DNA from: Balamuthia mandrillaris
Lineage: Eukaryota
DNA: 64,000 nt
NCBI GenBank assembly: GCA_031835245.2
Contig: JAVKOQ020000013.1
Location: 62,001 to 126,000, forward strand
Direction of reading: 5' to 3'
A model generated the notes under the pieces. The model did no database searches, was not told the origin of the DNA, and saw only the letters and a program-made list of their open reading frames with translations. Below are positions 50,194-60,900 of this stretch, in pieces (position 1 is the stretch's first letter; every line of letters starts with the position of its first letter). The position numbers and the translations under genes are program-made.

Positions 50194-51342
50194 ATGGCGC
50201 TGAACCCCATCTTTCGTCCGCTGTACTTTCGGCGGAAAATGCTGACTGGCATCGCTGTGTACCTGGGGGTGCTGATCTTTCTGACCTACATCAGCATGAA
50301 CCACGTCGGCAGCATGTACACGCTACGCGGTTGGGTCCACAAACATCAACAAAAATGGGAGGTGCGTTTGGGCGACGAGGATCACCGCCAGAAGGAAAAG
50401 GACATGTTGGCCCTCGCGGAGTTTAAGCACAGACGTTTTATCTATGAGAACTCTCATCTTCTCTGCCAGCATGACAGCAGCCACAGCAAAGACGCCACAG
50501 GAGGCGGAGGCAAGGAACGAATGGCTTGGCTCACCGCTACCATCAATGATGACTACGTAGTGCCCGCTGTGGCGTTGGCTCACTCCATCCAAAAGTTTTC
50601 CTGTGTGAAGACCATGCTGGCTATCATCAGCGATGCTCTGAGCCCCTCCTCGAGGAACGCCCTGACTAGGGCCGGATGGCAGCTATTGGAAAGGCCTCCG
50701 CTGGACTGCGCTCATGAAGGCCAGGAAGGGATCGATGACCTGGCCAAGATCCGTGGTGCCCACATGCGCTTCCACGCCTGGAACCTCACCGAGTATGACC
50801 GGCTGATCTACATGGACTGTGACATCATGCTGCTGGACAACGTGGATGAGCTCTTTGAGATGCCGCTGGAACACGATGAGATTTACGCCTCTTACTTTGC
50901 TGCTCCTGGCGTGGTGACCTGGGGCTTGAACTCGGGGATCATGGTGCTACGGCCATCGGAGGCCACCTGCGTGGCGATGTTGAAGGAGTGGAGAGCCCTG
51001 TTCTCCACTACGGGTTGCATGAACGACCAGCCCTATCTTTGGATATTCTTCAGTCAACCGGGACGTCAGATGCGCTTCCTGCCCTATGCCTATAACGTCC
51101 GCAAGGATGTATATCACCCAATGCGGGTCTATCACTTGGCAGGACCGAGACCGCAGAAGGTCTGGCTCTATCCGCGCTCCAGGGAGGAGGCCAAGAACGT
51201 GCCCATCATAAACACGCCGGAGGACGTGTCCTCGGTATGGTGGTTCATGTTCTACGATGCGTTGGATGGCTTTGGATTGCATGAGTGGTGGCAGCAACTT
51301 CATAGCCCCAACAGCAACGACAACAAAGAGCATTCCCGGTAA
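50194..51342 (+). CDS. Glycosyltransferase family 8 (glycogenin-like fold), type II membrane protein, intronless
   Basis: N-terminal TM (MLTGIAVYLGVLIFLTYISM), NDDYVVPAVALAHSI, WNLTEYDRLIYMDCD (DxD), NVDELF, LNSGIMVLRPS, NDQPYL, LPYAYN, VYHLAG...KVW. Confidence 0.92.
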   Translation: MALNPIFRPLYFRRKMLTGIAVYLGVLIFLTYISMNHVGSMYTLRGWVHKHQQKWEVRLGDEDHRQKEKDMLALAEFKHRRFIYENSHLLCQHDSSHSKDATGGGGKERMAWLTATINDDYVVPAVALAHSIQKFSCVKTMLAIISDALSPSSRNALTRAGWQLLERPPLDCAHEGQEGIDDLAKIRGAHMRFHAWNLTEYDRLIYMDCDIMLLDNVDELFEMPLEHDEIYASYFAAPGVVTWGLNSGIMVLRPSEATCVAMLKEWRALFSTTGCMNDQPYLWIFFSQPGRQMRFLPYAYNVRKDVYHPMRVYHLAGPRPQKVWLYPRSREEAKNVPIINTPEDVSSVWWFMFYDALDGFGLHEWWQQLHSPNSNDNKEHSR

Positions 51343-51962
51343 CGCAATCAGCGATCATTCATGATCCCATCTTTGCTGCTGCTTCATGCCTGCTGGTACA
51401 GAGATTGAAAGCGGAAAGCGGATCAGTTGTGTGCAAACAACTGTGTGTGCGCGCGCGCAAAAAGTTGTTGCGGGTTCAGGTTTTTTATTTATTTCTTCTT
51501 CTTCTTCTTCAACAAAGTATTTATTAGCACACCCCCCCTATGGTATCCGGGGGACCCCAGCACCCGTTCCTCCAATCGTTTTTGTTTTTCCGTTCAAAAA
51601 AAAAAGATGCTAATGCAGCAACGAAAACGAAAAAAAGTCCGATTTTGTCACGTCGACCCAGCTGCTGGCGGCAGTCAAACCACCACCCAGCGAAGCAGCG
51701 AACTTCATACTGGTGAAACTTCAACGGTAACAGCCACCGCCAACACACACCCGCACAAAAAACGCCAAACCCCCCCCCCCCCCTTCCCTTCCCCTTCCCC
51801 TTCCCCACCCCTCCTCTTCCTCCCTCCTCTCCCCAAAAAACGCTCCCTTTAAGGGCATTGTTTGTGTTTTTTTTTTACTTCAGTCTTTACACTACCACTT
51901 TATCCAGATTCGCCGATCAGGAGGGGGAGGTTTTTTTTTTTGGAGGGGCGGGCGGTAGGTAG

Positions 51963-53680
51963 ATGGTCACCTTCCTGTTGTTGTTTTATCTCTTCAGAGG
52001 CGTGGCCTGGTTGATGCGCCTCCTCTTTGCGGGACGCTACGCGACGTTGCAACGGGACAGCCAGCAGTACTTTGAGAAGCGGGTGCACAAGGCGGAGGAG
52101 GAAGGTCGGAGGGTCAGGGTGCTGCTCATCGGTGGTACAGGCACGGTGATCCTTTATTCTTCTTCTCCCAGCTCACTGAAAAAACGAAGTTACTGACGAG
52201 GGGATGTGAACCACACTACAGGTGCTGTGGGACAAAACATAGCGAAACGACTGCTCTCCGCTTATTTTTCACGCCCATGCGAGGTTTACCTCTGCGGTAG
52301 AAAGAGCAGCCGTTGTGCTGCTGTTGTAGAGCAACTCGTTGCTGAGGGTTTCGACCCTAAGCTCCTCCACTACGTTGTTTTGGATCTGCATCACGGCAAG
52401 GAGGCCATCGTGGAAGCGATGAAAAACATGGATTTGGTTGTTCACTCCGCGAGCCCTTTTCAGAACGCGCCACCCGTGGTATTCTTTCTTACTTTCTGTG
52501 TCTTTTTGTTCCGTCGTTTCTATTCAGCTCCTCTATTTGACCAATCTTCTCGCTTCCTTTCTATCATGTCTCTTTGCTCCGTTCTGCTTCTCTGCTGTTT
52601 TTTGTTAAGGTTGAGCTCTTCTAACGATAGCCTGTTTGATGAAAGGTGTTGGAGGCAGCTATCGCAAGCAAAATAGATTATATTGACGTATGCGGAGACA
52701 TAGAGTTCTGCAAACGTTGCGTAAAGTTGAAAGCGGGCGCGCAACGAGCGCGGATAAAAGCCATCACAGCGGGTGGAGTATTTCCAGGCTTGGCCAACGT
52801 AATGGGAGCTGAGCTGGTGGAAGCTTTTGCAGCTAAAGGGAAAAAGGTTTTTATACTTGCTGCTTCCTTCTTTCTCACTCCTCTGACATTGAATGATAAC
52901 CAGGTGAAAAGCCTTGAGTTCAACTATTTCGTAGCAGGAACAGGAGGCTTGGGACCAACACCCATCACTACAACCCTATTGGTGGCTTCGCGTCCCAACC
53001 TTACCATGCGGGATGGAAAGGAGCACTGGGTACCCTACTTTTCACACCCCAAGAACGTTGACTTTGGAAAGCCTGTGGGAGTTCGTGGCTGTGGGTTCTA
53101 CGAGCAGACAGAGGTTTACTCCATGCATCGCTCCTACCGTGTGCTGAATGTATGCTCTCGGTTCGGCATGGCTCCGGGCATGTTCCGCAGCTTCTTGTAT
53201 TGGCTGTCGAGAAGCGCACCGGCGTCCTGGTTGGCCAATCTTCGCTTTAATCACATCGTAATGACATCCATCAGTCCTCTCATGGACATCGTCGACTTGT
53301 TCACTGGAAGGACTCTGGCCATTGCCGTTACAGCAAAGAGCAAAACATCGGTGACAGAGACAGGGAAAACAAAAACAAATGGAACGAGGAAGAAGAAGAA
53401 GAGAAGGGGAAGGAAGACTGACGAAGCAAAAGCAACGGGGGATGCACAGGACAATGTAACATCATTATCGGAGGAAGGAGCAGAGATGGCAGAGAGCAGG
53501 TACATCCACTCCAATGGAGTGGTGGCCACAGCAACGTGCGTGGTGGCAATGATAGAGGAAATGTTGGCGGAAGAGGGTGGGATAGGCCCCGGCGTTTGGT
53601 TCCCAGAAGAAGCCATACAACGAAAGGCACGGTTTATCGAGAGGACCACCGTGGATGCAATAAACTTTTCAAGACTATAG
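51963..53680 (+). CDS. Saccharopine-dehydrogenase-like oxidoreductase with N-terminal hydrophobic segment, multi-exon
   Basis: RVLLIGGTG|AVG (Rossmann), DLVVHSASPFQ, YIDVCGD, GGVFPGLANVM, YFVAGTGGLGPT, VDFGKPVG, SRFGMAP, PGVWFPEEA; ends FSRL. Confidence 0.85.
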
Positions 53681-54004
53681 TTACTCCCTCTCTCTTTCTC
53701 TTTCTCCTCATCGTCGTCTCTCTTGTTCGTTACCCCAGTGTCGACAATTTCACGACGACACGACATGACTCTTTTCCCGCCCTTTTTTGTTTTCTTCACC
53801 GCAAATGATAGACCTTTGCCAATGTGCAGTTTGGGGCGGTGAGAGGGACATGGAGGGTGCAGTGGGAGGGGTGAGGTGGCGGTGGGGGTACTGCACTGTG
53901 CGTTAGCGGACACGGCCACCACCAAGTAGAATAGAAAAAAATAACAGAGAGGAAAAGGAGAGAAGACAAAAAAAAAACGTAGCGGAAGAGATTTGAAGAC
54001 ATCG

Positions 54005-55399
54005 ATGACGAGTGCGTGCAAGTGTAACATTTGTTGGAAGGATTTGGGGGAGTATGCCTACATCACCACGTGCTCTCATATCTTCTGTACGCATCTCCTG
54101 TTTTAAAAAATGGTAGTGAAAAAACAAGCACTGATACGCACTGATTTACCAAAGGTGAAGAGGATGCGCGCAAACACTTTGAGTCAGAAAGCAGTTGTCC
54201 GGTCTGTGATACTCCTCTTCCCTCAAGGTTTGTAATCCTTCTGCTTTCTTCAGGCTGTAAGATAACAGCCGACCTTACCAACAACCAAAGGGGCGTGGCT
54301 GCAGTTGAACTAGCACCAACGATCGACAAAGCCATTCAACTCTGCGGCCTTCCGCCTGGTTCCATCATGGAACTCTCCACAAAGGCTCTTCAGTTTTGGG
54401 ACTACCAGAAGCAAGCAGAACTGAACTACAAGGCCCAAATATTCAAGGAACAGCAGGCCAGGAGCCAAGCCTTGGAGCAGCAATACCACGAAAAACTCGT
54501 TCAAGCGCAAAACAAGTTGAACGTGCTCAACCACCAACTGTCTGCCACCAAAGATGAGCTAAGTGCTCAGAGGAAGGCCTTTGAAGAACTTCAAGAGAAA
54601 TACCAGGAGAAGTCTAGGTTGGTGCATAACTTAAACATTTATCTCTTACCTCTTTTCGGTAGCACCTACTGATCCTTTGCAACCCAGACAAAAGCGTAAG
54701 CTTGCTGAACTCTACGACTCCCTTAAGCAACGTCATGAAGCCTTGGCCGGAGACAACAAGAGAGCCACGGCCTCCCCTGCTATGCACACAAGTTCACCGC
54801 TTCTACGGTCCCCCGTGAGGAAGACAGGTTTGCTTTCGTCCGAACCCCCCAATAGGTCTTTCCAGTTCCTTCACCATGGACAACAATCTTCGATGGAAAG
54901 CTCAGCTATCAAACCTATCACGGCTGGATTTTCAAGCATTGGTTTCGGCACAGAGAAGCGAGACACAGGCTCTGTTGCACCTAACCTAAAGCCCAAGGAG
55001 TTGGACCGTACTGTGCCTCTTCATCTTTCTTTCTCTCGCTCTCGCTTTGTCGCTCTCTCGCCGCCTTTTGTGCTGTTCTTTCTCGATGAAAACTAACAAC
55101 AATACCTCCATAGGCTTTTCTTTGGTGCGAAGACATAGCCCCAAAGGGAATATGAAGGTTACTGTTCCAAAGATACCGCAACCCACCTTTAGCTTTTCTC
55201 GACCAGTGCGACCGGAAACCCCACTATTTCGGAAGCACCTCCAATCCAGGCGGTAGGAAGTTCTCTCCCATTATCTTGTTCTACTTTCTCTCCATTTCGT
55301 TAATCATACGCTTCTCATGGTCATTATACCATTAGCTCTGATAACTCATCTTTCCGCTTGTCAGAGAGAAACATGCTTGGTAATTTGTCTTCTGCCTAA
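54005..55399 (+). CDS. HEI10: HEI10/CCNB1IP1 meiotic RING E3 ligase, multi-exon
   Basis: Spliced N-terminus absent from the ORF track: MTSACKCNICWKDLGEYAYITTCSHIFC|EEDARKHFESESSCPVCDTPL. Then LCGLPPGSIMELSTKALQFWDYQ and coiled coil LQEKYQEKSR|QKRKLAELYDSLK. The last exon (stop 55399 versus 55256) is uncertain. Confidence 0.88.
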
Positions 55400-55640
55400 A
55401 CGCTTCTCGTCGCACAGTACTACTGAACACCCATTGTATATGGCATTGAACTCATAAACTAACGACATCAGAGAAAAAAAACAGGAAGATGAGAACGAGA
55501 AGATAAAACACGAAGCATCGAGTTTTTTTTGGAAAAAAAAAAAACACAGAAAATAGAGAGGAACGTCGAACGCCTTTCTCCATCTGCATAGGTTTCTTTC
55601 TTTTGCCTCTCAGAGAGAAACAAACAAGAAAGCGGCTCTT

Positions 55641-56175
55641 CTAGCAAAACATGCAGAGCAAGTTGAACCTGTCCCTGCACCTAAGGCAACTGGTGGTGGC
55701 GCTCGACGAGCACAGGGACTCGCATTGGGCGGAAATGGCATCGCAGAGGATGCAGCTGCTTTGCCCATAGCCTCCGCCGTCTGGGTCCGCACCCCTCAAG
55801 GAGTACGCCAATTGGTAGTCGTTTGAGAGTATGTTCAGTTGTTGTCTGTTTGCGTGCACGGCAAGGGTCAGAAAAAACACAAGACCAAGCCATGTGTGCA
55901 GAGAAGATCAAACGTTTGATTTTACCTCACGGTGAGTTCGAAGAGGGGTTTCGAAGGGGTGGACGGTGGGTTCGTGCTGCACTGGGAAGCAGCAGGGAAG
56001 CGCACGGCGCCACCGAGGTCAAAGTTCACAGTGGTTCCTTTATTTGTTTGTGTTTAGGGTGAAAAAAACAGAATAACAGAACTTTTGCCCCACAGAGGGC
56101 GAATGCCGTAGTACCGTAAACGGAGGCCACGAGGAAGGCCAAGAGGAAAAGGGGAAGGGTCGGGTAAACCGCCAT
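55641..56175 (-). CDS. Small secreted cysteine-rich protein, 125 aa, 3 exons (56175-56115, 56037-55926, 55845-55641)
   Basis: Two GT-AG introns give an intact 378-nt frame: MAVYPTLPLFLLAFLVASVYGTTVNFDLGGAVRFPAASQCSTNPPSTPSKPLFELTVRQQLNILSNDYQLAYSLRGADPDGGGYGQSSCILCDAISAQCESLCSSSATTSCLRCRDRFNLLCMFC. Signal-peptide-like first exon. Confidence 0.78.
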
Positions 56176-56385
56176 ATCGAGACTTCTTCGCCGTTGAAGG
56201 AAGATAAAGCAGAAACAAATAAAAAACCAAGGAAGGAAAAAATGCTATATCTCACGGTTTCCTTTAATGGGGCGTCGACACGCCTCTTCGTCGAAGAACG
56301 AGAAAAGAGCTCTTATGCGGCACAGATACCAAAAGGGGGACCAAAACAAAAAAAAAACCTGCCCTTTGAGTGGTCTGTCCGCGCT

Positions 56386-57865
56386 ATGGTGAACAACCGT
56401 CGCTGTCATGTTCGGAACAACCACCTCCGGATAGAGTGCTCCTGGCTCTGGGCGACGTTCCTCACGTTGGTTCTTTTGCTATGCACAACCCAGGCTGCTC
56501 GTTCGTCACCCCTTTCGTCCGTTTTTCGTTTTGCGTTTCCTTCTAACGAACGCACCCATCCACTTTATTAGGGTTGGTTATGCAACCAGCGACCTTTCAG
56601 TGGGTGGAAGTGTTCACCAACGAGCTCAACAGCATAGAAGTGCTGATGCTTAACGTTCATTTCAACCAGCCTATTTATCTGGGGAGAGTTCCTGTTACGA
56701 ACCTTTCGGCGGTTACGGCAGCCAAGCCAATGACTGGAACCCCTGACCAGCTCTGTTGGCCCCCTTTTGGGTGTCAAACGATGAAGCAGTGGATGCTGGC
56801 CATGGAGGGAGTGGTGGAGCTGACTTGCGATGGTGAAAAGCAGTTGTCGTACCCCGTTCCTTCCGGCAACTCGGACAATACCCTGCCGAACTTCTTGCTT
56901 GGAGCACCTCCCACAAAGAACCCTTTGCTCAGCATGTTGGCTGACTTTGGGTAACGCACCTGCCCTGCTAGTGTGCCCCGCTTTTATTTCCTCTCTTGAC
57001 TCTTTTCGTTTGCTTTAGCATATCTTTATCTCTTTTTCACTTTATTCTTAACTTCTCTATAAACGAAAGGTTCTTGCCCGAAGACCCATACCCCGAAGTG
57101 AGGGACAACCAACTGTCCTTCCTTCTGCTGAACCGGCTGCGGCAGGAGGGAGAGGACGTCTTCTACCCCATCACCAACTACGGGCGGCGCTACTTCACCT
57201 CACCGGATGGCAGCACCCCTCCCGCCGCCCTGCAAGAAGGAAGGTGCACCGTGAGGATGACCGTCCGCCCCGACAGCCACGGCGCGCTGGTCAACGTGAG
57301 GGACTCGGCAGGGTTCTTCAGCCCTGTCTTGACCTCCACTTCTTCCTTCAAGCAGGTTTCTCGCTTTCTTCCTTCTCTCTCCTCTCTTTCTCGCTCCTCT
57401 CTCTCTCTCTCTCTCTCTCTCAAAAAAAAAACTGATCAGAACGTAATGGAAGGTGGAGAGCAGCAAGTGCAACTACGAGGCGCTCAAGTTGCGGTCGGAG
57501 GAGCTCAGGGCCTTCATTCTCAACGTGTCGACGGACTCCAGCGAGTTGGACCTGACCTCCGGCGGTGCTTCATGGAACGACCTCGAACGAAGCCTTTGGC
57601 AGGTCGGTGTTTTGTTGATCATCCCTTCTTCGCCTCTCCGAGAAACGTTACGTTACGTTACGCTCACAGCTTCCTTTTTTTTTTTTGGATTAAAGGTGGG
57701 GTACCTCTTCTCCACGGATGAGATGAGCGACTGTGATCGTTTGTTGAACTCTGTGTTGGAGCGGGAGCAAACGAATCAGCTGGTGGACAGCACCGAGTGT
57801 ACCGCTCCCAAAGGAAGCGTTGAGTGGGAGAACGACTCCTGTTGTAATCCCAGGTTTCTATCTCT

Positions 57866-57900
<35 letters not shown>

Positions 57901-60900
57901 GAGTTATTGCTGTACACTGCAGTCTACTGTTCGAGCAGTGTTGTGCTCCAAGACCGGTCCAACGTGCTGTCACGCTGATCACTGGTCTCAAGAAAGAGGC
58001 CGAAGCGGTCGTGGGAGGACAAACCTGTCCCATCTCTGGCGACCTGAACCTCCTTCTCAAGGACTATGTCGCCACCGCTAACGCTGGCATCGACCCACGA
58101 ACCGGGTGTGCAGCCAGTGCTCGCAGGGTTTTATTTCTCACTTTCTCGTTCTTCCTTCTTGCTTCCTTCCTTCTCTCTCTCTTCTTCCTTCTCGTGCTTC
58201 TTCCTCTTCTTCTCATCACTCCAGTACACAGATTGCAAGCGATGGTCTATTCGATGAGTTTCAGGCCTTTACGGACGAGTGCATACAAGCCATCTACGGA
58301 CCCATCCCGCTGTTCAACGGGCCTGCTTGCGAGGAAGATAGCGACTGCTATTCACCTATAGTGGGCGAGAAGCATGGGGTCTGTGACACTGCATTCAGTC
58401 GGTGTTACGTGCCTTGGTTTGACCCTGAACCTGCTTTATGGAATGTACGTTTATGATTCTCTAGCCCTTTTCTTGTTCTCTCTCCTCAATAACTGTTGCC
58501 TTTGCTTCTGCTTATCTATCATCTTTTAGTGTTTTGTGGACCGAATGCAGCCGATAGTCAACCAGTTCATGAGACGACGCTTCGGCCTTCTCGATGGGGT
58601 GGCCATCACACCAGAAGAATTCTACGAAGCCTTCAAGAACAGCGACACCTGGTCGGAGAACTGCATCGGCTACACCTCCTCCCTTTACACTTTCTCCCAA
58701 AACAGCGCTGGAGAGAACGTCTTTCAAATAGCAGACCAGTTTCTTTGCCTGGACGACCGTTACTGCAACTGGAATGCAGCCCTGACGGGAGAGCTGGCCG
58801 ACTTTTTCTGCTTCTTCGAGGAGGGATTCTTTTGTGCCGAATGCTACTCGGATGTGGTTTGCTTCGAAACCAGTCAGGCTGCAACCTGCCTCCTTAATAA
58901 CGTGCTTACCAGGACGGAGTGCAGGGCTAGTAGAGGCTCGTGGAATCCGGACCTGCAGCTTCCTTGCACGTTATTGTCTGCAAGTGGATCTAGGGAGGAT
59001 TGCCTTCCTCCTTCAGTTTGTCCTTCCTTACCGGTATGGGTTTTCTTGTTTCTCTTCTTCGCGTTGCATTCCATATGACAAAGAGTTTATGTTACAGCGA
59101 GGAACAGAGTCGGACCTGAGTAAAACGTACTGCGGGAGACCGTTTTGCTTTTCTACCGACGAGGCCCTTACGCCTGCGCTTTGCCTTGCACGAAATAACC
59201 AGAGCACCGCTTCATGCCCTCTTACGCAAGACGGTGTCACTCACGATGCCTATTACTACTACTGGGACGAGACGTTGGCCAGCGGAAACGGGTTATGCCT
59301 CAAAAACGTGCCTCGCAAGACAGACTGCGAGACAGCCACAGCACCAGAATGGCAGTGGTGGCCGGGACGCCATTACCAAGAAGAACTATATACCAGTCAG
59401 GAGGCCTGCGAGAGAGGAGCATGTTTCGCTCGTGGGAGACGACTGCCCAACAGCGATGGCCTGAACTGTGAGGAGAAGATAGGCTGCACTTCTGACTGCG
59501 CCAAATGCGCATCCACAACTGCTTCCACGCTTTGTTTGTCCAAGGATATTGACCAGGTTTGCGATTGTCAACACGACGGTGGATTTTGGGTGGTTGAAGA
59601 GCAGGTGTGCGTCTATCCAAACCTTCGGACTGAGGAAGAGTGTACTGCTCAAGGATATATCTTTCAGGTTTCCTCTTCGCTTTCTTCTGGTTATCTTTGG
59701 TCGCTCTTTTGTGTCTTTCTGTTCTCATCTTTCTTTGTTTCTTGTTTTTCTGTTTGTTTGTTAACTTTGAGTTTTCTATAAGGGGTGCGACGATCTCACA
59801 ATGGAAGAGTGTGAGGCATGCTATCAATATGGCAAAACTGGAACGGGGGAGTGTATTGGTGGTGACGGCGAGCGATACTATCAGAGCCTGTTGAGCTGTG
59901 CAAGAGGATGGAGAGTTGCCTGCAACGACCAGCAAGAATGTGAGAACAATGGTGGAAGTTGTAACGACGCAGACAGGCGTAACCCTTCCTCTTCGGGATG
60001 TGACTTTAGCGAACGCTTCATCTTTGATGAGTTTTGGTACCGACTGAATTCGCTCGCTTCTCTCTCTCTCTCTCTCTCTCTCTCTTTGAAACATACTAAC
60101 TTTCTAAACACACAGTTTCAGCTCGTGTATATCCAACTTCACGATAACAGAGGAAGGCACGCCCTCCTGTCCAGGTGCCTCCCTTACTAACTCTGGGTGT
60201 AGCTTGTTGGGAGTGAGATCAAGAGAGCAATGCGAGGCAACGGGTATCGGAGAATGGCACACCACTTCTTTTCGACAGCAAGAAACCTGCTTGGCAGAGC
60301 GAGGGTGCGCGGATGAGTTCACCGAGAGCATCAGCATTCTGAGTGCCCGAAATGAGGAAGAGTGCAGCAAGTGTGGAGGAGAACGAAAACCAATCTACAC
60401 CTGGACTCCTGTAATTTTCTTTCTTCATTTCGGTTCACTCCCAATTTTAACTCTCATACTTTCACAAACAAAAAAAACCAGAGCCAATGGCAGCCCTCAA
60501 CGAACAGAGGATTTACGTGGAAGGAACGCACAATAGAGTACTCCAACACGTGGCGTCGCACCCTGGACTACAACCGGTTCAAGGTGTTGGTGTCCCAACT
60601 CATTGCGGATAAGTTGTCGCTGGCCACTCAGACCGAGGCCATGTGCAACTACTTTCCAAGGTTGCAGGCGTTGGAAGCCTTGGCTTGCTCTTGTGCGGGC
60701 GATGGAAGCAAAAGCAAATGCCTGTCGGGACTACGAGGCATTGCAGCAGGCTTGCAGTTCTTTTGCAATGGCATTCCTGATACTTTGCGAGTACAGCTTT
60801 TCCCTCTTTTCTTCTCTCTACTTTTCCTTTTCTCTCTCTTCCTTCTCTCTTCTCCCCTTTCTTGCTCTCTCTCTTCCCTCTCCTTCTCTTGCGTTGCGGC

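Noticed and set aside
53251..54030. 259-aa minus-strand ORF
   Set aside because: Antisense shadow of the dehydrogenase CDS plus intergenic sequence; non-ATG start, no motifs.
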